Assembly (NCBI GenBank): GCA_937899265.1
Contig: CALBPV010000002.1
Location: 1 to 61,970 of the forward strand
DNA: 61,970 bases
Source: an uncultured Bacteroidales bacterium
GTDB lineage: Bacteria > Bacteroidota > Bacteroidia > Bacteroidales > UBA3663
Reading direction: 5' to 3'
The translations under genes and the position numbers were made by a program. The notes under the pieces were generated by a model that had not been told where the DNA came from, did no database searches, and saw nothing but the letters and a program-made list of their open reading frames with translations. Position 1 is the stretch's first letter; each line of letters starts with the position of its first letter. Positions 46,956-55,580 of the stretch are shown here, one piece after another.

Positions 46956-48347
46956 ATGACAAAACAACACACGCTGAAGGAAAGCATTACCTTCACAGGC
47001 AAAGGCCTCCACACGGGCCTCGACATCACATTGACCCTCAACCCCGCGCCCGCCGACAACGGCTACACTTTCCAGCGCGTCGATCTCGAAGGGCAGCCCG
47101 TGCTTGAAGCCGTGGCCAGCAACGTCACCCAGACCCAGCGCGGAACGGTGATTGAGAAGGACGGTATTTCCGTTTCCACCATCGAACACCTCATGGCAGC
47201 GCTCTATGCTGCCGACATCGACAACTGCCTCATTCAGGTCAATGCCCCCGAAGTGCCCATCCTCGACGGAAGTTCCGTCCTCTACTGCGAAGCCATCGAG
47301 AAGGCCGGCATCGTCGAACTGGAGGCCAAGCGCGAGGTGTTCCGCATCACCAAGCCCTATCACGTCATCGACGAGGAAAAAGGCATCGACCTCGCCATCT
47401 ATCCCGACGACCATTTCTCCGTCACCGTCCTGGTCGATTTCCCGTCGCCCGTGCTCAACAACCAGTATGCCGTACTCAACAGCCTCGACGACTTCAAGAC
47501 GCAGGTGGCTGCCGCACGCACCTTTGTCTTCGTGCGAGAAATACAGCCGCTCTTGGCGGCCAACCTCATCAAGGGCGGAGACCTCGACAACGCCATCGTC
47601 ATCTACGACAGCAAGATACAGCAGGAAGAGATGGACAAACTGGCCGCTGTCATCCAGACCAAGGCCCCCTCGGCCGAAACGCTCGGCTACGTCCAGAACC
47701 GTCCCCTCACCTGGGACAACGAACCCGCGCGTCACAAACTGCTCGACCTCATCGGAGACCTTGCCCTCATCGGCAAGTACATCCAGGGGCGCGTTGTGGC
47801 CACCCGTCCCGGCCACGGCTTCAACAACAAGTTGGCACGCGCCGTCCGCAAGGACATGCGACGCACCGAGGTGCAGGTACCTGTCTATGACCCCAACAAA
47901 GAGCCGCTGCTCGACAACATCGGCATCAAGGCCATCCTCCCCCACCGCTATCCCATGCAGTTGGTCGATAAGATTATCGTGTGCGAACCCAACGACTATT
48001 GCGTGGGCGTCAAGAACGTCACGGCCAACGAGCCTTTCTTCCAGGGACACTTCCCCGAGGAACCCGTCATGCCCGGCGTCCTTCAGGTCGAGGCCATGGC
48101 CCAGTGCTCCGGCATCCTTGTGCTCAACTGCGTCGATGAACCCGAGAAGTACTCCACCTATTTCATGAGCATCAACAACGTCAAGTTCCGCCAGAAGGTG
48201 GTGCCCGGCGACACGCTCATCTTCCGCGTCTCCTTCCTCACACCCCTGCGGCGCGGCTGTGCCCAGATGAAGGGCTACGCTTTCGTGGGCGACAAGATTG
48301 TGAGCGAAGCCGAGTTCATGGCCCAAATCATCAAGAATAAAGAATAA
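46956..48347 (+). CDS. lpxC/fabZ: bifunctional UDP-3-O-acyl-GlcNAc deacetylase / 3-hydroxyacyl-ACP dehydratase
   Basis: LpxC N-terminal part (TIEHLMAAL) and FabZ hot-dog C-terminal part (FFQGHFP..PVMPGVL). Confidence 0.92.
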   Translation: MTKQHTLKESITFTGKGLHTGLDITLTLNPAPADNGYTFQRVDLEGQPVLEAVASNVTQTQRGTVIEKDGISVSTIEHLMAALYAADIDNCLIQVNAPEVPILDGSSVLYCEAIEKAGIVELEAKREVFRITKPYHVIDEEKGIDLAIYPDDHFSVTVLVDFPSPVLNNQYAVLNSLDDFKTQVAAARTFVFVREIQPLLAANLIKGGDLDNAIVIYDSKIQQEEMDKLAAVIQTKAPSAETLGYVQNRPLTWDNEPARHKLLDLIGDLALIGKYIQGRVVATRPGHGFNNKLARAVRKDMRRTEVQVPVYDPNKEPLLDNIGIKAILPHRYPMQLVDKIIVCEPNDYCVGVKNVTANEPFFQGHFPEEPVMPGVLQVEAMAQCSGILVLNCVDEPEKYSTYFMSINNVKFRQKVVPGDTLIFRVSFLTPLRRGCAQMKGYAFVGDKIVSEAEFMAQIIKNKE

Positions 48348-48376
48348 CAACCACCTAAAGACTAACGACATAGACT

Positions 48377-49171
48377 ATGACCGAAGAACTTATCTCCCCC
48401 CTTGCCGTTGTCAATCCCGGCGCAAAAATCGGACCCAATGTGAAAATCGGACCTTTCTGCGTCATTTACGATGACGTGGTCATCGGCGAAGGAACTGTGC
48501 TCGAAAATTCCGTCACCGTATTCCCCGGCGCACGCATCGGCAAGTTTTGCCACATCTTCCCCGGAGCTTGTATAGCCACCACGCCTCAGGACCTCAAGTT
48601 CAAGGGCGAATACACCACGGCCGAAATAGGCGACTACACCCAGATTCACGAGTGTGTCACGGTTCATCGCGGCACGGCATCCAAGCAGGTGACACATGTG
48701 GGTAGCCATTGCCTCATCATGGCCTACAGCCATGTGGCCCACGACTGCTACGTCTCCGACGGCGTCATCATGAGCAACTGCGTCCAGATGGCCGGCGAGG
48801 TCGTCGTGGAGCCCAATGCCGTGATAGGCGGCGGCGCCCTCATCCACCAGTTCACCCACATCGGTGCCTACTGCATGATTCAGGGCGGCGCACAAATCAA
48901 CAAGGACGTACCGCCCTACACCATGGCCGCCCGCGTTCCCACCGTCTATGTGGGTCTCAACACCGTGGGACTGCGCCGTCACAACATCGATGCCGAGACC
49001 ATCCTCAACATCCAGGAGATGTATCGCATCATCTACATGTCGGGCCTCAACGTCACCCACGCCCTCGACAAGGTCGAGGCCGAGTTCCCGCAGAGCCCCG
49101 AACGTGACCATATCCTCGATTTCATACGTTCCTCCGACCGCGGAATCCTCCGCAGCATGATAGGATCGTAA
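48377..49171 (+). CDS. lpxA: acyl-ACP--UDP-GlcNAc O-acyltransferase
   Basis: Hexapeptide repeats plus an LpxA C-terminal helical domain. Confidence 0.92.
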   Translation: MTEELISPLAVVNPGAKIGPNVKIGPFCVIYDDVVIGEGTVLENSVTVFPGARIGKFCHIFPGACIATTPQDLKFKGEYTTAEIGDYTQIHECVTVHRGTASKQVTHVGSHCLIMAYSHVAHDCYVSDGVIMSNCVQMAGEVVVEPNAVIGGGALIHQFTHIGAYCMIQGGAQINKDVPPYTMAARVPTVYVGLNTVGLRRHNIDAETILNIQEMYRIIYMSGLNVTHALDKVEAEFPQSPERDHILDFIRSSDRGILRSMIGS

Positions 49172-49174
49172 GCT

Positions 49175-49290
49175 TCGGAACCACCGGAAAGTCCGGAAAG
49201 ACCGGAATCTCCGGAAGCTCCGGAAAGTCCGGAAAGTCCGGAATCTCCGGAAAATCCGGGCCCTCCGGGACCTCCGGAAACTCCGGCTCC
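49175..49290 (+). repeat. 12 x 9-bp (T/C)CGGRNNNN array plus CCGGCTCCC cap
   Basis: Counted. Paralogous to the array at 46810-46921. Confidence 0.95.
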
Positions 49291-49319
49291 CTCCCCTCCC
49301 ACGAAAAAAAACAACAGCT

Positions 49320-49865
49320 ATGGTTTATCATTTTGTAATACTTTCAGACGAAGTCGAAGATTTTCGCCGCGAGATTGACATCGATGCGACGGCAACCTTC
49401 CAAGACCTGCAGGACATTATCCTGAAGTCCTGCAACTACAAAAACGATCAGATGACCTCGTTCTTCATCTGCGGTGCCGACTGGAGCAAGGACTACGAGA
49501 TTACCATGATTGACATGAACGACAAGGACTCTGTGCTGCCCGTCACGAAGGTCATGGACCGCACCCACCTCGACGACACGTTCGGCAAGGAACCCGGAGC
49601 CAAGGTGATGTTCCTCTTCGACCCGATGTGCGAACGCTATCTCTACATGCAGCTCAAGTCGCTCGAAGACAAACGCCACATCCTGAAACCCGAAATAACC
49701 CTCTCCAAGGGCAAAGCCCCCAAGCAAATCGAAGACTTCGACAAACTCGTCGGAGGCATCGACGACGACATGTACGGCTCCGACGACTTCGACCCCGAGG
49801 AAATGGACCTCGACGGCTACCAAAGCCTCGACGACATCGAGGGCATCGAAAGCGGCGAATATTGA
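49320..49865 (+). CDS. acidic hypothetical protein, 181 aa
   Basis: Good coding appearance, no signal peptide, Asp/Glu-rich tail. Faint resemblance to pRiA4b-ORF3/MM3350-type domains (unverified). Confidence 0.5.
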   Translation: MVYHFVILSDEVEDFRREIDIDATATFQDLQDIILKSCNYKNDQMTSFFICGADWSKDYEITMIDMNDKDSVLPVTKVMDRTHLDDTFGKEPGAKVMFLFDPMCERYLYMQLKSLEDKRHILKPEITLSKGKAPKQIEDFDKLVGGIDDDMYGSDDFDPEEMDLDGYQSLDDIEGIESGEY

Positions 49866-49992
49866 GGCCGGCCCTCCCCCCCCCCTCGAAATCTCGAAAG
49901 GCCGGCCCTCCCCCCTCGTCATCTCGAAATCTCGTTATCTCGTCATCTCGAAACGCCGGCCCCCTCGAAATAACGCCCTCCCCCCTCGAAAT
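49866..49992. repeat. irregular C-tract / CTCGAAAT repeat block
   Basis: GGCCGGCCCTCCCC..CTCGAAAT modules with a C10 run at 49876-49885. Confidence 0.85.
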
Positions 49993-49993
49993 G

Positions 49994-50025
49994 AAAAAAG
50001 CCTCCCGCTCTCGGGAGGCTTTTTT
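49994..50025. terminator. bidirectional rho-independent terminator
   Basis: A6-GCCTCCCG-CTCT-CGGGAGGC-T6 between convergent genes. Confidence 0.8.
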
Positions 50026-51059
50026 CATTTCTTGAACAGGTGGCGTATCTTGGCGAACATCGCCTCGCACTTCGATTTCGAGGGCGTGAAGTCGCTCTTG
50101 TCGCGCAGCGCCTCGATGTGGCGGCGCTCCTCGTCGGTCAGCGTCTCGGGCACATAGACCAGGATGTTAATCAGCAGGTCGCCCGTGCCGTAGCCGTCGG
50201 ACTTGGGCAGTCCTTTGTTCTTGAGACGCAGGATGGTGCCGGGCTGTGTGCCGGCAGGCACATTGATGCGCACGCGTCCTGTCAGCGTCGGTATCTCGAC
50301 GGGCGAACCCAATGCCGCCTGCGGGAACGTCAGCGTGAGGTTATAGACCAGGTCGTCCTCGTCGCGTAGCAGTTCGGTGTCGTTCTTCACCTGGATGACC
50401 ACTATCAAGTCGCCGGCAGAACCGCCCGAATTGGAGGCGTGTCCCTTGCCTTGGAGCGAGAACTGCTGACCGTCGGTCACGCCCTTGGGGATGGGCAGAG
50501 CCACGACCTCTTCCTTTTCCACAACAGAAGAGCCTTCCTGCACATTGTGGCGGATTTTGACTTTCTTGGTCACACCGGTGGCCACCTCCTGCAACGTGAG
50601 CGGCACGGTGATGCGGATGTCCTGTCCTTTCATCGCGCGCGAACGTCCGCTGCGACTGCTGCGCCCGCCGCCCATGTGGACACGCTGTCCGTTGATATAA
50701 AACTCGCCGTCTCCGCCGAACATGTCGGCGAATCCGCCGAACCCTCTTCCCCCGCCGAAGATGTCTCCGAAACGGGAGAAGATGTCGTTGATATCCATAT
50801 TCTCGAAGCCTCCGCCATATTGCTGGCTGAAGCTCGAGGGATCCTGATAGCCGAACTGGTCATAGCGCGCCTTCTTCTGAGGGTCGCTCAACACCTCGTA
50901 AGCCTCTGCGGCTTCCTTGAATTTCTCTTCTGCCGCCTTATCGCCCGGATTCTTGTCCGGGTGATATTTCAAAGCAAGCTTACGATAGGCGCGTTTGATT
51001 TCGTCGGCACTGGCGCTCTTTGCCACGCCAAGCACTTCGTAATAATCTCTTTTTGCCAT
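50025..51059 (-). CDS. J-domain co-chaperone (DnaJ family) lacking the Cys-rich zinc-finger domain, 344 aa
   Basis: J domain [12 protein letters not shown]...HPDKN, G/F region and two C-terminal beta domains. Only one Cys in the whole protein. ATG at 51057-51059 (rc). Confidence 0.85.
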   Translation of the reverse strand: MAKRDYYEVLGVAKSASADEIKRAYRKLALKYHPDKNPGDKAAEEKFKEAAEAYEVLSDPQKKARYDQFGYQDPSSFSQQYGGGFENMDINDIFSRFGDIFGGGRGFGGFADMFGGDGEFYINGQRVHMGGGRSSRSGRSRAMKGQDIRITVPLTLQEVATGVTKKVKIRHNVQEGSSVVEKEEVVALPIPKGVTDGQQFSLQGKGHASNSGGSAGDLIVVIQVKNDTELLRDEDDLVYNLTLTFPQAALGSPVEIPTLTGRVRINVPAGTQPGTILRLKNKGLPKSDGYGTGDLLINILVYVPETLTDEERRHIEALRDKSDFTPSKSKCEAMFAKIRHLFKK

Positions 51060-51082
51060 AATCGTAGTTTTATTTTTTTTAG

Positions 51083-51244
51083 TCCGGAGAGCCCGGAGAG
51101 TCCGGAGATTCCGGGGCTTCCGGAGTTTCCGGAGGGTCCGGAGGGTCCGGGGCTTCCGGAGGGTCCGGAGGTTCCGGAGCTTCCGGAGTTTCCGGGGTTT
51201 CCGGAGAGTCCGGAGATTCCGGGGATTCCGGGGCTTCCGGAGGC
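51083..51244 (-). repeat. 18 x 9-bp TCCGGRNNN array (family member, minus orientation)
   Basis: Counted. Lies in the spacer between grpE and the J-protein gene. Confidence 0.95.
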
Positions 51245-51267
51245 TCCGCCCCGCTTTTTCGTCCATT

Positions 51268-51350
51268 GCGCGGCGCTTGGAGCGCCGCACATCTTCCCGC
51301 GCGGCGCTTGGAGCGCCGCACATCTTCCCGCGCGGCGCTACATCCTCACG
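51268..51350 (-). repeat. 2.6 x 31-bp tandem repeat, each unit with hairpin GCGGCGCT-TGG-AGCGCCGC
   Basis: Read directly. The last partial unit overlaps the grpE stop. Confidence 0.9.
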
Positions 51351-51924
51351 CCCCGACGACCACCTTGGCGAAACGGATGACCTTGTCGTCGAGTTTGTAG
51401 CCCTTGGTGGGACAGTCGATGATTTTGCCCTTCAGGTCGGGGGTCGGAGCCGGGAAGGTGGTAATCGCCTCGTGGAGGGTGTCGTCGAAGTCGTCGCCGG
51501 CGGCGGCGGGAATCTCCGTCACCTTGTTTTTGGCGAGGAAGCCCGTGAACTTCTGGTAGATGAGCTCCACGCCCTGCTTCACGCCTTCGAGGTCGTCACT
51601 CGTCCCGAGAGAGGCGAGGCCTCGCTCGAAGTCGTCGATGACGGGCAGCAGCTCCTTGAGCACGCCCTCACCGCCGTATTTGAGCAGAGCCTGCTTGTCT
51701 TTGGCGGTGTTCTTGCGGTAGTTGTCGAACTCCGCCATCAGTCGCAGGTAGGCATCCTTGTGGGCTGCCACCTCCTTTTCGAGGGCTGCGATGCGCTCCT
51801 CCGGCGATTCCGGCGATTCCTGAGTTTCCGGATTTTCCGGAGATTCCGGATTTTCCGGGGCTTCCGGAGTTTCCGGATTCACTTGATTTTCCTGAGTTTC
51901 GTTGATATTCTTTGTTTCTTCCAT
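51346..51924 (-). CDS. grpE: nucleotide exchange factor GrpE with repeat-encoded PE-rich N-terminus
   Basis: Coiled coil plus [14 protein letters not shown]. Start at ATG 51924 (MEETKN). Confidence 0.88.
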   Translation of the reverse strand: MEETKNINETQENQVNPETPEAPENPESPENPETQESPESPEERIAALEKEVAAHKDAYLRLMAEFDNYRKNTAKDKQALLKYGGEGVLKELLPVIDDFERGLASLGTSDDLEGVKQGVELIYQKFTGFLAKNKVTEIPAAAGDDFDDTLHEAITTFPAPTPDLKGKIIDCPTKGYKLDDKVIRFAKVVVGA

Positions 51925-51995
51925 TGCTAAAAAAATTAAAATTTTATAACTTCCGCGTAGCAAAAAACGTGCCAAAGGGCACTGTTTCCCGCCTC

Positions 51996-52053
51996 TGACA
52001 AATTGTCACAGCAAAAAAACGATGAAATATTTGGGTTTTCTGACAATTTGTCG
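51996..52053. promoter_or_regulatory. two copies of palindrome TGACAA(A/T)TTGTC(A/G), 45 bp apart
   Basis: Copies at 51996-52008 (perfect 13-mer) and 52041-52053, in the divergent grpE/ispE intergenic region. Confidence 0.4.
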
Positions 52054-52061
52054 TATCTTTG
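52030..52061 (+). promoter_or_regulatory. Bacteroides-type promoter TTTG-N20-TATCTTTG for ispE
   Basis: TTTG at 52030-52033 and TATCTTTG at 52054-52061. The ATG is only 5 nt downstream. Confidence 0.5.
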
Positions 52062-52065
52062 CAAC

Positions 52066-52893
52066 ATGCTTACCTTTCCCAACGCCAAGATTAACCTTGG
52101 ACTCTTCGTTACCCGTCGCCGCGAGGATGGATACCACATCCTCCAGACGCTGTTCTATCCCATCGACTGGTGCGACGCCCTCGAAATAGTGCCTGCCGGC
52201 GAGGCGGGCGAAGTGAAGTTCTTTGCCACCGGCATCGCCGTCGATGGCGATGCTGCCGACAACCTCTGTGTGCGGGCCTATCGCGCCCTGCAGCAACTGA
52301 GACCCGACCTGCCGGGCTGCGAGATACACCTCGAAAAACGCATCCCCTTCGGTGCCGGTCTGGGCGGCGGCTCCAGCGACGCTGCATTTACGCTGACGAT
52401 GCTCAACAAACTGTTCGCGCTCGGGCTCAATCAGGAACAGCTGGAAGCCGTTGCGGCCTCACTCGGCGCCGACTGCGCCTTCTTCTGTCGGCAGGGCGCC
52501 CAATACTGCGAGGGCATAGGCAGCGAGATGGAGCCCTATCCCCTCTCGCTCGCCGGCCGTTGGCTCGTCGTCGTGAAGCCCTCCTTCGGGGTGAGCACAC
52601 GCGAAGCCTACGCCCATGTGCGGCCGCAACAACCGGCCACCCCGCTCTACGAACTCCTGAAACAGCCCGTCGAGGCGTGGCGCGACACCGTCCGCAATGA
52701 CTTCGAAGCTTCCGTCTTCCCCGCCCATCCCGAACTCCAAACGGCCAAGGACACCCTCTACGCCCACGGTGCCCTCTACGCCTCGATGTCAGGCTCCGGC
52801 AGCGCCATGTTCGGCATCTTCGACCGCGAGGCCGACCCCGCCGGCTGGTTCCCCGCCGGCTGGGAAGCCCGCTGCATAAAGGACGGAGAGTAG
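52066..52893 (+). CDS. ispE: 4-diphosphocytidyl-2-C-methyl-D-erythritol kinase
   Basis: MLTFPNAKINLGL..., GHMP motif PFGAGLGGGSSDAA. Confidence 0.9.
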   Translation: MLTFPNAKINLGLFVTRRREDGYHILQTLFYPIDWCDALEIVPAGEAGEVKFFATGIAVDGDAADNLCVRAYRALQQLRPDLPGCEIHLEKRIPFGAGLGGGSSDAAFTLTMLNKLFALGLNQEQLEAVAASLGADCAFFCRQGAQYCEGIGSEMEPYPLSLAGRWLVVVKPSFGVSTREAYAHVRPQQPATPLYELLKQPVEAWRDTVRNDFEASVFPAHPELQTAKDTLYAHGALYASMSGSGSAMFGIFDREADPAGWFPAGWEARCIKDGE

Positions 52894-53172
52894 CCCGGAG
52901 AGTCCGGAAAGCCCGGAGTTTCCGGAGTTTCCGGGAGTTTCCGGGAGTTTCCGGAGTTTCCGGAGATTCCGGAGTTTCCGGAGTTTCCGGAGATTCCGGA
53001 GTTTCCGGGAGTTCCGGAGTTTCCGGAGATTCCGGAGTTTCCGGGACTTCCGGAGTTTCCGGGGGTTCCGGAGATTCCGGGAGTTCCGGGGGTTCCGGAG
53101 ATTCCGGGAGTTCCGGGGGTTCCGGAGTTTCCGGGAGTTCCGGGGTTTCCGGAGAGTCCGGAGGTTCCGGGA
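52894..53172 (-). repeat. ~30-unit 9/10-bp TCCGG(A/G)RNT array (family member, minus orientation)
   Basis: Fills almost the whole gap between the convergent ispE and ABC permease genes. Confidence 0.95.
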
Positions 53173-53184
53173 GAGGCTACTGCC

Positions 53185-54495
53185 CTACTGCCTAATCCAC
53201 TTGAGGATTTCCTTCAGCGTGTATTTCTTGCCGTACATCAGGATGCCGGTGCGATAGATGCGAGAAGCGACCCAGAGCACCGCGAAGGCGACAAGGTAGA
53301 GCAGGGCGATGGAGGAGAGAAGCTCCCAGGCAGGCACGTCGTAGGGCAGTCGCACCATCATGACGATGGGCGACGTGAACGGTATCATGCTGCACCACCA
53401 CGCCAGCGGGCCGTCGGGGTTCTCCATCGAGAACATGCCGGCATAGAGGGCGAAAATCATTATCACCATGATGGGCCACGTGAACTGCGAGGCGTCGCTG
53501 GCCTCGTCCACGGCAGACCCGAAGGCGGCAAACAATGAAGCGTAGAGCAGGTAGCCCCCGATGAAATAAAGCACGAAACACAGGAAAATTTTCGTGAAGT
53601 GGATGCCCATAATCATCTGGAGAATCTTCTCCATCACAGTCGGGTCGGCCTGTGTCACGGCCTCCACCTCGGCCATGGCCGTCGTGACCTCGGGCGTGGT
53701 CATCATGTTGATGCCCAACACGAGGCCTGCGATGCCGAGCATGCCCGCCCAGATAACCACCTGCGTGAGACCCACGAGGGCCACACCTATGATTTTGCCC
53801 AACATGAGTTCGATGGGTTTGCACGACGAGATAATGACCTCGACAATGCGGTTGGCCTTTTCTTCTATCACACCGTTCATAATCATCGCGCCGTACATCA
53901 GCACGAAGGTGTAGGTGAGCAGGGCGAGCACGAGTCCCAGGATGGCACTCAGGGCCGATGACGACACATTCTCCTCGCCCTTCTCGTTCCACTGGATGGA
54001 GTTGACCCCCACGTGGCGGTCACAGCGCTGATAGATGCTTTGGAGCGAATCCACGCCATACCCTTTGAGGCGTTCGTCGCGCAGGATGGGTCGCAGCTGG
54101 CCTGCAATGTTCTGTTCGAGCGTCATGTTGACCGACTGCGAAGAGTACAGACTCACGGTCGATGTCTCCAGCACATCGGCCGGAATCTCGACGATGGCAT
54201 AGAGCTCTCCCTTGCGGGTCTCGAAATAGTCATAGAGCGACAGGTCGCCCGAAAGGCGCACCGTCCGGTATTCGTAATCGTCGCTGTCTTCGATGAACTG
54301 CGCATAGTGTGACTCTGTGCGATCCACGATCTCCACGGTTTTCTTCTCGTCGTTCTTGACGGTGGAAAGCAGGGCGGGCAACACGCCGCAGATAACTATC
54401 ATCAATATCGGGATGAGTATGGTCATCACGATGAAGCTTTTCTTCATCACGGTGGTCAGATACTCTCGTCTTACTATCAATCCTAATCTGTTCAT
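53185..54495 (-). CDS. ABC-2-type transporter permease (NatB-like)
   Basis: N-terminal TM, a large extracytoplasmic loop, then five TM helices. Confidence 0.8.
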   Translation of the reverse strand: MNRLGLIVRREYLTTVMKKSFIVMTILIPILMIVICGVLPALLSTVKNDEKKTVEIVDRTESHYAQFIEDSDDYEYRTVRLSGDLSLYDYFETRKGELYAIVEIPADVLETSTVSLYSSQSVNMTLEQNIAGQLRPILRDERLKGYGVDSLQSIYQRCDRHVGVNSIQWNEKGEENVSSSALSAILGLVLALLTYTFVLMYGAMIMNGVIEEKANRIVEVIISSCKPIELMLGKIIGVALVGLTQVVIWAGMLGIAGLVLGINMMTTPEVTTAMAEVEAVTQADPTVMEKILQMIMGIHFTKIFLCFVLYFIGGYLLYASLFAAFGSAVDEASDASQFTWPIMVIMIFALYAGMFSMENPDGPLAWWCSMIPFTSPIVMMVRLPYDVPAWELLSSIALLYLVAFAVLWVASRIYRTGILMYGKKYTLKEILKWIRQ

Positions 54496-54525
54496 TGTCG
54501 TTTTATTTTTCGGGGCCGGCCTTCA

Positions 54526-55434
54526 TCACTCCTTCCCCACGGTTTCGATGAAGATTTCCTGCATGGAGGGCAGGATTTCCTCGAAGCCTGTGAGGGTATA
54601 TTTCTCGTTGAGGACGCTGACGACCTCGCGTATGCGCACTCCTTCGGCCAGGCGGATCTGGAGAGTCAGGCCACCGCCGTAGGACGGCGACTGCTCCTCC
54701 ACGGTGAAGAGAGCCGGCTCGGGCAGGAAGGTCTCCTCTTGGACGCTGATGCGGTAGATGTTCTTCTTGAATCGCTGGCGCACCTCGCCCACTTCGCCCT
54801 GGAGCACCACTTTGGCGTGGTTGATGAGCGAGATCTCCTGGCAGATTTCCTCGACCGACGACATGTTGTGGGTCGAGAAAAGGATGGCGGAGCCTTCGTC
54901 GCGCAGACGCAGGATCTCCTTCTTCAGAATCTCGGCATTCAGCGGGTCGAAGCCCGAGAAGGGTTCGTCGAAGATAAGGAGCGGCGGCTGGTGGATGACG
55001 GTGGCGATGAACTGCACCTTCTGTGCCATGCCCTTGGAGAGCTGTTCCACCTTTTTGTCCCTCCACTGTGTGAGGTCGAACCGTTCGAGCCAGGACTTCA
55101 TGCGCGTCTGTGCATCGTGGCGCGTCATGCCGCGCAGACGGGCCAGATAGATGATTTGGTCCTCCACCTTCATTTTCTTGTACAAGCCTCGTTCCTCGGG
55201 CAGATAACCTATCTTCATCACATCGTTGTCGGTCATCGGACGGCCGTGGAGCAACACCTCGCCGCTGTCGGCGTGGGTGATGCGGTTGATGATGCGTATC
55301 AGCGATGTCTTGCCGGCACCGTTGGGACCCAGCAGACCGTAGATGCAGCCGTCGGCGACCGAGATGGACACATGGTCCACGCCCCAGTGCTCGCCGTACT
55401 GCTTGCAAACCTCACGGGTTTCTATGAATGCCAT
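54526..55434 (-). CDS. ABC transporter ATP-binding protein (NatA-like)
   Basis: Walker A GPNGAGKTS, signature LSKGMAQ, Walker B LLIFDEP. Confidence 0.9.
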   Translation of the reverse strand: MAFIETREVCKQYGEHWGVDHVSISVADGCIYGLLGPNGAGKTSLIRIINRITHADSGEVLLHGRPMTDNDVMKIGYLPEERGLYKKMKVEDQIIYLARLRGMTRHDAQTRMKSWLERFDLTQWRDKKVEQLSKGMAQKVQFIATVIHQPPLLIFDEPFSGFDPLNAEILKKEILRLRDEGSAILFSTHNMSSVEEICQEISLINHAKVVLQGEVGEVRQRFKKNIYRISVQEETFLPEPALFTVEEQSPSYGGGLTLQIRLAEGVRIREVVSVLNEKYTLTGFEEILPSMQEIFIETVGKE

Positions 55435-55506
55435 TGAGTGTATAATTGAATCTGATTTTTATAATGTGGAATTGCCCGAAACAAAGACATGGACAAAATC
55501 CAGCCG

Positions 55507-55538
55507 CAAATATAGCGTTTTTTTATGAGACAGCCAAA
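55507..55538 (-). promoter_or_regulatory. Bacteroides-type promoter TTTG-N20-TATATTTG for the ABC operon
   Basis: On the + strand, CAAATATA at 55507-55514 and CAAA at 55535-55538. Confidence 0.5.
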
Positions 55539-55580
55539 TTTTTTGCGGAAAAAGTGGCGAATGTTCCCTGTTTGCCATAA

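Noticed and set aside
51060-51323. 88-aa basic N-terminal extension of the J-protein (track ORF 50025-51323)
   Set aside because: It is a repeat-encoded [11 protein letters not shown] sequence. J domains are N-terminal, and ATG 51059 ([12 protein letters not shown]) is the canonical start with an A-rich leader.
51971-51984. GTGCC-AAAG-GGCAC hairpin as a dispersed copy of the REPIN-like P1 arm
   Set aside because: It shares only TGCCAAAGG (9 nt) with P1. That is too short to distinguish from chance without a genome-wide count.
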